Part shown: one piece after another, positions 41,183-49,100 of the stretch
Position numbering within the stretch: the stretch's first letter is position 1
How the letters are laid out: each line of letters opens with the position of its first letter
DNA from: an uncultured delta proteobacterium
Lineage (GTDB): Bacteria; Myxococcota_A; Polyangia; Palsa-1104
DNA length: 64,000 nucleotides
Assembly: GCA_963785725.1 (NCBI GenBank)
Contig: CAWAWS010000003.1
Location: 448,001-512,000, forward strand
Direction: 5' to 3'
Translations under genes and position numbers: made by a program
The notes under the pieces: generated by a model
Database searches by the model: none
What the model was told of the DNA's origin: nothing
Seen by the model: only the letters and a program-made list of their open reading frames with translations

Positions 41183-42154
41183 CTATTGGGACGTCGCTCG
41201 ACGTCTTCGGCCGCGGCGCTCGTTGCGTTCGCTGCCCTCGCTGAACCAGGCCACCGTTTGGGCGAGCCCGCGCTCATACGAGACCGTGGGCTCCCAGCCG
41301 AGCAGTCGGCCCGCGCGGCTGATGTCGGGGCAGCGCTGCCGCGGATCGTCTTGCGGCAGCGGATGAAACTCGAGCCGCACGTCGCTGCCGACGGCGCGGC
41401 GCACGTCTTCGGCGACCGACAAGATGGTGCGTTCGTCCGGGTTGCCGAGATTGACGATGGGAACGACCTCGGCGCTCGACTTGGAAAACTCCATGAGCGC
41501 GCCTAAGCCGGCGACGAGATCATCGACGTAACAGAAGCTGCGCGTCTGGCTGCCGTCGCCATAAATGGTGAGCGGATCGCCGCGCAGCGCCTGCGTGATG
41601 AAGTTCGGGATGAGCCGTCCGTCGCCGCTGGCCATGCGCGGTCCGTAGGTGTTGAAGATGCGCGCGATGCGCACCTCGGTGCCGTATTGCGCGGCCCACG
41701 ACGTGGCCATCGCTTCGCCGCAGCGCTTGCCCTCGTCGTAGCAGCTGCGCACGCCGACGGGATTGACGCGGCCGTGATATTCCTCGCGCTGCGGGCTCAC
41801 GTCGGGATCGCCATAGACCTCACTCGTCGACGCGATGAGGAGGCGAGCACCGACCTCGCGCGCGCATTCGAGCGCGTGCATCGTGCCCATCACCGCCGTC
41901 TTGATGGTGCGAACGGCGTTGCGTTGGTAATGCACGGGCGACGCGGGGCAGGCGAGGTGCCAGATACGGTCGACCTCGAAGTGGAACGGCTCGCAGACGT
42001 CACCGCGAACGAATTCCACCGCGTCGGTGTCGAGGTTCGCACGGCTGCCGGTGAACAAGTTGTCGAAGCAGATGACCTCCTCATGCGCGCGCACCAACGC
42101 GTCGCACAGGTGCGACCCGATGAACCCAGCGCCGCCGAGGACGAGATGCCGCAT
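41183..42154 (-). CDS. uxs: UDP-glucuronate decarboxylase (UDP-xylose synthase)
   Basis: GGAGFIGSHL, HLACPASPVHYQ, ASTSEVYGDP, RSCYDEGKR, RIFNTYGPRM, DDPRQRCPDI. Confidence 0.92.
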   Translation of the reverse strand: MRHLVLGGAGFIGSHLCDALVRAHEEVICFDNLFTGSRANLDTDAVEFVRGDVCEPFHFEVDRIWHLACPASPVHYQRNAVRTIKTAVMGTMHALECAREVGARLLIASTSEVYGDPDVSPQREEYHGRVNPVGVRSCYDEGKRCGEAMATSWAAQYGTEVRIARIFNTYGPRMASGDGRLIPNFITQALRGDPLTIYGDGSQTRSFCYVDDLVAGLGALMEFSKSSAEVVPIVNLGNPDERTILSVAEDVRRAVGSDVRLEFHPLPQDDPRQRCPDISRAGRLLGWEPTVSYERGLAQTVAWFSEGSERNERRGRRRRATSQ

Positions 42155-43272
42155 CAGAGCCGCTCGAACCTGAGCGCGCCGATCTGCTCGAGGCGCCGCA
42201 AGACGGCCTCGGTATCGGGCTGCAGGCTGCCTTGCGGGAGCTCGAAGCGCGATTCGAGCGTTCGGTGGATGTCGGCGATCGTGTGCGTGCCGTCGCAGGC
42301 TTCCCAGATCGCGGCGCCGGAAGAGTCGAGCGCCAACGTGTCCGCGCGGCCGGGAATCTCGAGGAAGATCGAGCCGTAGATCTTGCCCGTGCGCACGCCG
42401 TCGCCGCGCAGCGGCCGCATGAACGTGAGCTCGTGTCGATGCGCGCGCCGTTCGCGCAGCTCGGCCAACAGCGTCAAGAGCTCGCGGCCCGTGCCCGCCT
42501 TTGCCGACAGCGGATCGACCGGATGATCCAAGCTGCCATCGCCGCTCGCATCCCACACGATCGCGCCGCTCGCCGACTCGACGGCGCGCTGGCAGTCGAT
42601 GATCGGCGCCGCGCTCTCGATGGCATGCGTGTCCGTCGCGAGCTCGGCCGCTGCGTGCGGAATGCGCGCCTCGGCGGCGGCGATCAGATAAGCCACGTCG
42701 TCGGCCGCGCGCAGCGGACCGTCTTCGGTGAGCGCGGTCTCGGCGCGAATCAGGCTCATCAGCTCCAGCCAGCGGGCCGCGATCTTGCGCAGATCGCTCG
42801 AGTGGATGATGAGCGGCAGCTTCACCGCGTCCAGCTCGAGCGCGCGATCGACGCAAAACTGGTCGAGGAACCCAAAGTCTCGGCCGAGGTCGAACGGACC
42901 GTCGCCGCGCGGGCGCTCCGGCCACGCCATGGCTTTGGCTTGGCCCGCTCGCGCTTCCTCGGTCACCGCCGCGCGAAAGACGCAGCGCGGCTCGACGAGG
43001 AGGATGGTCCCATCGACTTGCTCGCCGAACAGCCATTCGAGAATCGCGGCCGCTTTGTGGTACGGCGGATAGACGTCGCCCGTGTACGGATGCGGCGACC
43101 ACGCCGTCGTCGCCACGACGCGCGCGTGCCGATGCGTCGGCGCCGGCGGCGCTGGAGGGCGCGCGACCAGGCGCACCAGCTCGCCCGGTTGCCGCACGCG
43201 CGCCCACGAGAGCTCGAGCAGCTCGCACTGCCACTCGGGCTCACCGAAGCTGCAAACGACCGTGTGGATCAC
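42154..43272 (-). CDS. HPAT/SGT1-like glycosyltransferase domain fused to a C-terminal PqqD/RRE domain (copy B)
   Basis: HTVVCS...EWQ...QPGELVRLV...HPYTGDVYPPYHKAAAILEWL; C-terminal AIWEACDGTHTIADI. Confidence 0.78.
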   Translation of the reverse strand: MIHTVVCSFGEPEWQCELLELSWARVRQPGELVRLVARPPAPPAPTHRHARVVATTAWSPHPYTGDVYPPYHKAAAILEWLFGEQVDGTILLVEPRCVFRAAVTEEARAGQAKAMAWPERPRGDGPFDLGRDFGFLDQFCVDRALELDAVKLPLIIHSSDLRKIAARWLELMSLIRAETALTEDGPLRAADDVAYLIAAAEARIPHAAAELATDTHAIESAAPIIDCQRAVESASGAIVWDASGDGSLDHPVDPLSAKAGTGRELLTLLAELRERRAHRHELTFMRPLRGDGVRTGKIYGSIFLEIPGRADTLALDSSGAAIWEACDGTHTIADIHRTLESRFELPQGSLQPDTEAVLRRLEQIGALRFERL

Positions 43273-44255
43273 GAGCCCACGCTGCGCAGCTGCGGCGCGA
43301 CCACGCCGCAAAAGAAGTGGCCCCAGCCGAAGCGTGCCTGCGGATCGACCTTGTCGCTGGCGTGCAGCCAGACGGTGATGGCAAAGCGGCTGTCGGCGAA
43401 TTCGCCCGATGGACAGCGCACGGGCAGCGCTTCGTGGAGCTCATGGCTGGCGAACACGACCAGCCGATTGGCCACCGCCTGCACCGGCACGAACGACTCG
43501 GCGGCCCTGACCTCGGCGCCGCCTTCGACGGAGACGGCGTCGTAGAGCCGCAGCTCGCCGCCGCTGAAACCGCGCGGCTCGCGGTGCAAATAGTAGATAC
43601 AGGTCAGCGCCCGCGGCGTCGTCGGCGATTGGTCGGCGTGCGTCTTGAAATAGTGGCCGTCGCGCGCCGCGGTCAGCTGCGACTCGAGCTGCGCCAGCGG
43701 AAACACCGGCAGCCCCAAGCGCTTGGCGATGAGCGGGAACCAAATGAGCAGCCGATTTTCGAGCAGCCGACTGTGCACCGACGCGCCGAAATCGAGGATG
43801 ACCTGATTCTGCCGCACCTCGGGCGTGTAGGACTCGGTCACGGTGCCAGCCTCGAACTGCGCCTCGGAGGCGAGCGCATAGGCGAGCAGCTCGTCGTGCT
43901 CTTGTGGGCTCAGGAAATCGTCGATGATCACGCAGCGAGGACGACGCACGCTCAGCGACGAAGCGGAACGCGTGGCCTCGGGCTGAGCCGCCGCGTTTGG
44001 CTGCGCTGGGCTCAGCCGTTCGGGAGCGAGCACCACCGGCGGCTCACTCGTCACGGAGACGATCTTCGCCGTTTGAAACGACCAGGCGCGGCGGCCGCCG
44101 TCGAGCGGCAGCTGCAGGAACCGGTTCTCAGCCCACGGCGAGGCGAGCGCGGCGAACAGCGCCAGCAGCTCGGGCGCATCTTCGCGCAGCCGCACTTCAC
44201 GTGCTTCGCCGCTGACCAGGTTGATCGTGAGCGTGATGTCGCGCAGTGTCCCCAT
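43269..44255 (-). CDS. Fe(II)/2OG oxygenase, prolyl-hydroxylase-like (copy B)
   Basis: KTHAD, FSGGELRLYD, LHEALPV, SRFAIT; paralog of 32917-33945. Confidence 0.85.
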   Translation of the reverse strand: MGTLRDITLTINLVSGEAREVRLREDAPELLALFAALASPWAENRFLQLPLDGGRRAWSFQTAKIVSVTSEPPVVLAPERLSPAQPNAAAQPEATRSASSLSVRRPRCVIIDDFLSPQEHDELLAYALASEAQFEAGTVTESYTPEVRQNQVILDFGASVHSRLLENRLLIWFPLIAKRLGLPVFPLAQLESQLTAARDGHYFKTHADQSPTTPRALTCIYYLHREPRGFSGGELRLYDAVSVEGGAEVRAAESFVPVQAVANRLVVFASHELHEALPVRCPSGEFADSRFAITVWLHASDKVDPQARFGWGHFFCGVVAPQLRSVGS

Positions 44256-44351
44256 CAGTCGGTGGCCTTCGTGTCCGCATGGGCGAGGCGCGAACGGAGC
44301 CACGTCCTCTTAACCGTGCGGCGGCAATGAGTCGTGCGCATCCGAACGACG

Positions 44352-44954
44352 TTACGAAGTGGTCGCGCGCAGTCGAACGCGCGCAGTCGCGCGCGCCGCG
44401 CCGAGCGCGATGAAGCCGACCGAGCTCGACCCGCAGTCGGGCGCGCTCGCCATTCCCAACACCGGTGACACCGTTGGCGCCAGGGTCGGCGCGGGGACGC
44501 AGTGGCCGGCCATGGTCGGATGCGCGGTCGGCGCTCGCGTCGGCGGCGCGGTCGGCGCTCGCGTCGGTGGCGCAGTCGGCGCTGGCGTCGGCGGCGCCGC
44601 TGTCGGCGGCGCGGTGGGCGCCCGCGTCGGCGCCAGGGTCGGCAAATTGATCACGGAATGGTCGTCGCCGGCGCCACCGTAGTAAGCCAGCGCCGTGCCG
44701 GGCTTCAAGATCGTGCCCAGCCCCGCCGCCAGCTGCGCCATCGGCAGCGATAGGACCACCGGCGCCACCCACATCTTCTTCAGCGCGTCGCGGCGCGATG
44801 GATCGGCCGCCGGCTCGTCCGGCTTGGCGTCGGCCGCCTGCGCGTGCGCCGGCTCGGACGACTCCGCCGCGTCGTGCTGCTCCAGCTTCCTCTTGAGCTC
44901 CTCGAGCTCGGCGAGCAGCTGCTCTTTGGTCTTCTTGTCGCTACCGTCGCTCAA
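44352..44954 (-). CDS. Putative substrate/precursor: twin-arginine-like leader followed by Pro/Thr (PT) repeats
   Basis: TTG start with GAGGT Shine-Dalgarno; SRRDALKKMWVAPVVLSLP; TALA|YY; 13 PT dipeptides. Confidence 0.8.
   Translation of the reverse strand: MSDGSDKKTKEQLLAELEELKRKLEQHDAAESSEPAHAQAADAKPDEPAADPSRRDALKKMWVAPVVLSLPMAQLAAGLGTILKPGTALAYYGGAGDDHSVINLPTLAPTRAPTAPPTAAPPTPAPTAPPTRAPTAPPTRAPTAHPTMAGHCVPAPTLAPTVSPVLGMASAPDCGSSSVGFIALGAARATARVRLRATTS
44524..44595 (-). repeat. 24-nt tandem repeat, 3 copies, encoding APPT(R/P)APT
   Basis: gcggtcggcgctcgcgtcggcggc repeated with few mismatches. Confidence 0.8.
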
Positions 44955-44972
44955 GAGGTTGTACCTCGGCCA

Positions 44973-45248
44973 TCACGGAGTGATTTCGACGAGCGCGTGC
45001 AAGCTCAGATAGCGCAGAAACGTAACCACATCGCGCTCGAGCACCGAACGATCCGGCGCGACGTAGTCACTTTCCAGCTGCTCGCACAAGGCGGCAATCG
45101 TCGACGCTTGCTCGAGGTGTTGCCAAATGGTCTTACCAGCTTCGTCGAGGCCGACATAGAGGCCGCGCTCGACGCTCATGAGAATGTGCCGGCCTCCGAC
45201 GTCGGCCGAAAGGAAGGGCTTGCGCGCGACTCGCGACGCCAAGCTCAC
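44973..45248 (-). CDS. Stand-alone PqqD/RRE peptide-binding protein
   Basis: ILMSVERGLYVGLDEAGKTIWQHLEQ...LCEQL...LERDVVTFLRYL; directly upstream of the putative substrate. Confidence 0.88.
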   Translation of the reverse strand: MSLASRVARKPFLSADVGGRHILMSVERGLYVGLDEAGKTIWQHLEQASTIAALCEQLESDYVAPDRSVLERDVVTFLRYLSLHALVEITP

Positions 45249-45356
45249 CCCCCCGCTGCCAGCGCCCGACCAGAGCATCCTGCTAGTGAAGGTACGCCAT
45301 GTCCTTGTGGTCAACAAGCGCGAACTGGCCTAGCATCGCGGGCACTGACTCGAATC

Positions 45357-46478
45357 ATGCTGCGTTCGCTCGATGATGTCCTCTCGCCGCTCACCGTCGG
45401 AGAATTCGCGGCGGCGGTCGACGGCAGGAAGCGCTTCCACGTGCAGACGACCGATCCGCGGCGCGCGGAGTCGCTGCTGCCGTGGCCCGAGATCGAGGCG
45501 ATGATCTCGATGCGTCGCTTCGAGAACATGAAGGTGATGCACAACGGCATGGTGGTGCCGCCGCAGCTGTACAACGCGGACGTGAGCGCGCTGCACGACG
45601 TGCTCTTGCAAGGCGCCAGCATCGTCGCCACGCGCGTCGACGCGGATGTGCCGCAGATCCAGTGGCTGGCGACCGCGATCGAACGGCAGCTCGGGCGCGA
45701 GGTCGGCGTCAATGCGTATCTGAGCTTCTCGGAGGGCGGCGCGTTCAAGCCACACTGGGATCGGCACGATGTGCTGGTCTTGCAAGTCCACGGCGCGAAA
45801 ACGTGGAGCATCTGGAACGCGACGCTCGACAATCCCGTCGAGATGTCGCGCTTCGCCAAGCACGACATCACGGACGCGCCCTGTCAGTCGCTCGAGCTGG
45901 CGGCCGGCGACGTCCTTTACATCCCGCGCGGAGAGCCGCACGCCGCGTCGGTGTCGAGCGGCGCCTCGGTGCATCTGACGTTCGGGATCGAGCGCATCAC
46001 CGGCGTCGACGCGTTACAGCGGCTGCAACAGGCGGCCGGCGAAGATGCCTTCTTGCGCGCGGATGTGCCCACCAAAGAGCGGCCCGCGCAGCTGCACGCG
46101 TTCGAAGCCGAGTGGAAGGCGCGCTTGCACCGCCTGGTCGACGCGACTGACCTAGCGCAGGTTTTGCACGACAGCGACCTGCAGCGACCGCCGGTTCGGC
46201 AGGCCTCCTTGTCGACGTTCGCGGAGCCGAGCGATCTCGTACGGCTCACGTTGCGGCGGCGCGTTCCGCTCGATGGCGGCACGGTGACCATTGGCGGCGT
46301 CGCGCACCCGCTCTCGGCCGCGGCCATCGACCTCTTGCGCCGCTTGTTCGAGCGCGACTGGCAGACGCGCGCTGCGCTGACGCAGGCGCTGGCGCCGCGT
46401 CACGAGCCCTCAGCGGTCGAGCGCGCGCTCCGCGAGCTCGCGCGGCTCGGCTTCATCGCCACGCATCGTCCGATATAG
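45357..46478 (+). CDS. JmjC/cupin-4 (RoxA/YcfD-like) 2OG oxygenase
   Basis: NAYLS, PHWDRHDVLVLQVHGAKTW, GDVLYIPRGEPH, C-terminal winged helix. Confidence 0.88.
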   Translation: MLRSLDDVLSPLTVGEFAAAVDGRKRFHVQTTDPRRAESLLPWPEIEAMISMRRFENMKVMHNGMVVPPQLYNADVSALHDVLLQGASIVATRVDADVPQIQWLATAIERQLGREVGVNAYLSFSEGGAFKPHWDRHDVLVLQVHGAKTWSIWNATLDNPVEMSRFAKHDITDAPCQSLELAAGDVLYIPRGEPHAASVSSGASVHLTFGIERITGVDALQRLQQAAGEDAFLRADVPTKERPAQLHAFEAEWKARLHRLVDATDLAQVLHDSDLQRPPVRQASLSTFAEPSDLVRLTLRRRVPLDGGTVTIGGVAHPLSAAAIDLLRRLFERDWQTRAALTQALAPRHEPSAVERALRELARLGFIATHRPI

Positions 46479-47378
46479 CGGCGCGATGCGTTCGGCGACG
46501 AGCTGTCGCTCCGCTTCGGACAGCGGCGCGTGCGCGCGGGCGCGGAACGGCTGCTCGCTCTGCGCCTTGGAGTCGAAGCGCGCTCGCTCGCGCATGCGTT
46601 CGATGGCCGACGGCGCGAAGGTCAGCTGCGCATGGGGCGCGACCTCATCCCAGACGGCATCGGGCAGCCGCGCGTAATCGACCGTGCGCAAGGAAAGCTT
46701 GGCGGCGTGCGCGGCCGAGAACAGCGCTTCGATGGCGTGCAGCCGAAAGCGCGCCGCCGACATCGCCCGCGCCTCGTCGACCGTGAGGCCGAACAGCGCC
46801 AGCGCCGGATCGCCCGTCTCGCGCCAGCTCAGCCATGCCGCCGGCTGTGCGGCGTGCGAGGCCAGCACCCGCAACGGATCGCGCTGCAGCCAGATCATCG
46901 GCGTCGCCGGAAACGCGCGCTGAATCAGGTTCACCGCCAGCACGTTCCAGCTCGTGAGCTTGAGGACGAGGTGGCGTGCGCCGGCGCGGTTGCGGCCGAG
47001 CGCGCGCACGACCAAGCGAAACAGCTCCACCTTATCGTGCTGATCGAGGCGCGCCGCGACGATGTTGTTGACGACGTTGACTTCCGAGAGCACGACATAA
47101 TCGGGCAGCGCCGCCAACATCTGCGCCAGCAAGGTCGACCCGCAGCGCGACACTTGAAAGATGAACAGCGACGGCTCGAGCGTCGGCCGCTCGTCGAGCG
47201 CGCGCAGCACGTCGACTCCGGTCAGCGCCTTGAGCTTGTCATTGGGCAGTCGCGCCAGCGTGTCGCGAAAGAACGGCTCGACGAAGCGCACGTCGCGCAG
47301 ATCGGCCCAGGTGAACAGCGGCTCGGGCAGGAATCGCACCGCGATGGGCGTGCAGTGCGCAGCGTCGTGCACGGTCAC
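46410..47378 (-). CDS. Sulfotransferase-like protein
   Basis: EPFF, FIFQVSRCGSTLL, LSE, KLTSW, RDP..VLASH. Confidence 0.75.
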   Translation of the reverse strand: MTVHDAAHCTPIAVRFLPEPLFTWADLRDVRFVEPFFRDTLARLPNDKLKALTGVDVLRALDERPTLEPSLFIFQVSRCGSTLLAQMLAALPDYVVLSEVNVVNNIVAARLDQHDKVELFRLVVRALGRNRAGARHLVLKLTSWNVLAVNLIQRAFPATPMIWLQRDPLRVLASHAAQPAAWLSWRETGDPALALFGLTVDEARAMSAARFRLHAIEALFSAAHAAKLSLRTVDYARLPDAVWDEVAPHAQLTFAPSAIERMRERARFDSKAQSEQPFRARAHAPLSEAERQLVAERIAPLYRTMRGDEAEPRELAERALDR

Positions 47379-47396
47379 GAGGTCAGCCGCCCGGCC

Positions 47397-47807
47397 TCAA
47401 ATCATCATGCCCGGCCGGATCAGGCGCGCGAGCTGCAGCTCGGCGAAGCGCAGTCGCTGACGCGGCTCGAGCATGCGACAGATGTCGAGCGTGCGCTCGA
47501 AGCCGATCTCGTTCAACGTCTGACGCTGCTCGCGAATCCTCTCGCTGGTGGCGCGTATCTCCGCCTCGTTCAGCGCGACCAAGTTCAGCTTCTGTTGCGC
47601 CACCAGCCGCTCCAGCTCCTCGCGCGCATGGCCGTAGCGCTCGAGGTCGCGGTCGAAGATGGCTTGCAGCTGCGCGCTCTGCGCCGGGGCGAGATCGAGC
47701 TGGTCGAGGATGGAGCGCCCCTTCTTCTTCGGTTCGCGCCGCGGCTGTGGTGCCGTTGGGACGATCTCACCCATCAGCCGAGCCAAGAACTTACGCCTCT
47801 CCATCAC
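47397..47807 (-). CDS. Spy/CpxP/heavy-metal-sensor-like helical protein
   Basis: QLDLAPAQ and LEPRQR (LTxxQ-like) motifs; N-terminal RRKFL. Confidence 0.55.
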   Translation of the reverse strand: MMERRKFLARLMGEIVPTAPQPRREPKKKGRSILDQLDLAPAQSAQLQAIFDRDLERYGHAREELERLVAQQKLNLVALNEAEIRATSERIREQRQTLNEIGFERTLDICRMLEPRQRLRFAELQLARLIRPGMMI

Positions 47808-48369
47808 CCGATTTTCTCACGGCGGGCGCCCAATCGCAAATGAGGTGCACGCGCGGCGCGACGCCGTCGTTGCTCGCCGAGTGCTGGCGCCGGTTGTTGA
47901 TCTCGACGACGTCGCCCGGCTTCAAGTGGCGCAGCTCGCCGCCGACGCGGAACAGCGCCTGCGCGTTGGTGACGACCGCGACGTGCAGCCGATGGCTGTT
48001 GGCCAGCGAGAAGCCGGCATCGACGTGCGGCGGGATCGAGCCGCCCGGCCGCAAGCGCACCAGCAGCGAGCGAACGATCCAGCCCGCATCGCCGAAGCAG
48101 CCGGCGATCACGCCGTGGATCGGCTCGATGACGTGCGCAAAACGCGCGTAGCTCTCGCGCCGCGTCGGCTCGGCATGGCGAAAGTCGGCGTCGAAGAGCA
48201 GCGGAATGGTCTGCGTGTCACGATGCGTCGGGAAGGTCTCCTGGCGAAAGCGATCCGCCAGCCAATCCTCATCGGACAATCTCGACAGCTCGGCACAGAG
48301 CGCCGCGATGTCGACGGTGCCGCGCTGGAAGTAGTTCCCTGCGAAGTCCACGACGGCTGCTACAATCAT
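47791..48369 (-). CDS. Aspartyl/asparaginyl beta-hydroxylase family protein
   Basis: RLRPGGSIPPHVD, HRLHV, EINNRRQHSA.N...RVHLI.D; exact start uncertain. Confidence 0.85.
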   Translation of the reverse strand: MIVAAVVDFAGNYFQRGTVDIAALCAELSRLSDEDWLADRFRQETFPTHRDTQTIPLLFDADFRHAEPTRRESYARFAHVIEPIHGVIAGCFGDAGWIVRSLLVRLRPGGSIPPHVDAGFSLANSHRLHVAVVTNAQALFRVGGELRHLKPGDVVEINNRRQHSASNDGVAPRVHLICDWAPAVRKSGDGEA

Positions 48370-48380
48370 GTCTCGTTCGC

Positions 48381-49100
48381 GTGTTCATTACAAAGTCATT
48401 CGTCTTCATCCATCTGCACAAGTCGGGCGGGACGTTCGTAAACCGCTTTCTGCAGCGCTTCTTTTCCGACGGACAGCGGCTGAATTGGCATCTGCCGCGC
48501 GCTTTTCTACCGCGCGACTTCCGCGCCCTGCCCGTCTTGGGCGTCGTGCGCAATCCGTGGGACTACTACGTCTCGTGGTTCACGTTTCAGTCGTCGATGC
48601 GCCCGCAGCAGCAGAACGCGCTGTACCGCGCGGTCTCGGACGACGGCACGCTCGCTTTTTCACCCGCGATCGCCAACCTCGTGAAGCTGTGCGACGACCG
48701 CGAGCGCTGGCAGGCCCTCCGCGCGCAGCTGCCGGACGCGTTCGTCGACCACGGCATCAACCTCACCAAGCGCTGCATCGATCCGCTGCTCGGCTCGGGA
48801 CGCGGCTTTTATTCGTTCCTGTTTCAGCGCATGTTCGCGCCGCCGGAAGGTGGCGATGGAGGCGGCGTGACGTTCGCGCGCATGGAGTCGCTGCGCGGCG
48901 ATCTGCTGCAGTTCCTCGGCGACGTCGGCGTCGAAGTTACCGACGAGATGCGCGACTTCCTGTTGCGCTCGGAGAGAGTGAACGTCACCGAGCACGCGCC
49001 GTTTGCCACCTATTACGACCCGGCCTTGCGCGACGAGGTCGGCGCGCGCGACCGCGAGGTCATCGAACGCTTCGGCTACCGGTTCAAAAGCGATAGTTGA
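48381..49100 (+). CDS. Sulfotransferase family 2-like protein
   Basis: FIHLHKSGGT, VRNPWDYYVS, RMESL, YY...FGY.F. Confidence 0.8.
   Translation: MFITKSFVFIHLHKSGGTFVNRFLQRFFSDGQRLNWHLPRAFLPRDFRALPVLGVVRNPWDYYVSWFTFQSSMRPQQQNALYRAVSDDGTLAFSPAIANLVKLCDDRERWQALRAQLPDAFVDHGINLTKRCIDPLLGSGRGFYSFLFQRMFAPPEGGDGGGVTFARMESLRGDLLQFLGDVGVEVTDEMRDFLLRSERVNVTEHAPFATYYDPALRDEVGARDREVIERFGYRFKSDS

Noticed and set aside
44352..45248. Lasso peptide or PQQ biosynthesis locus
   Set aside because: No asparagine-synthetase-like cyclase, B2 protease or PqqB/C/E in the window; the precursor is long and PT-rich
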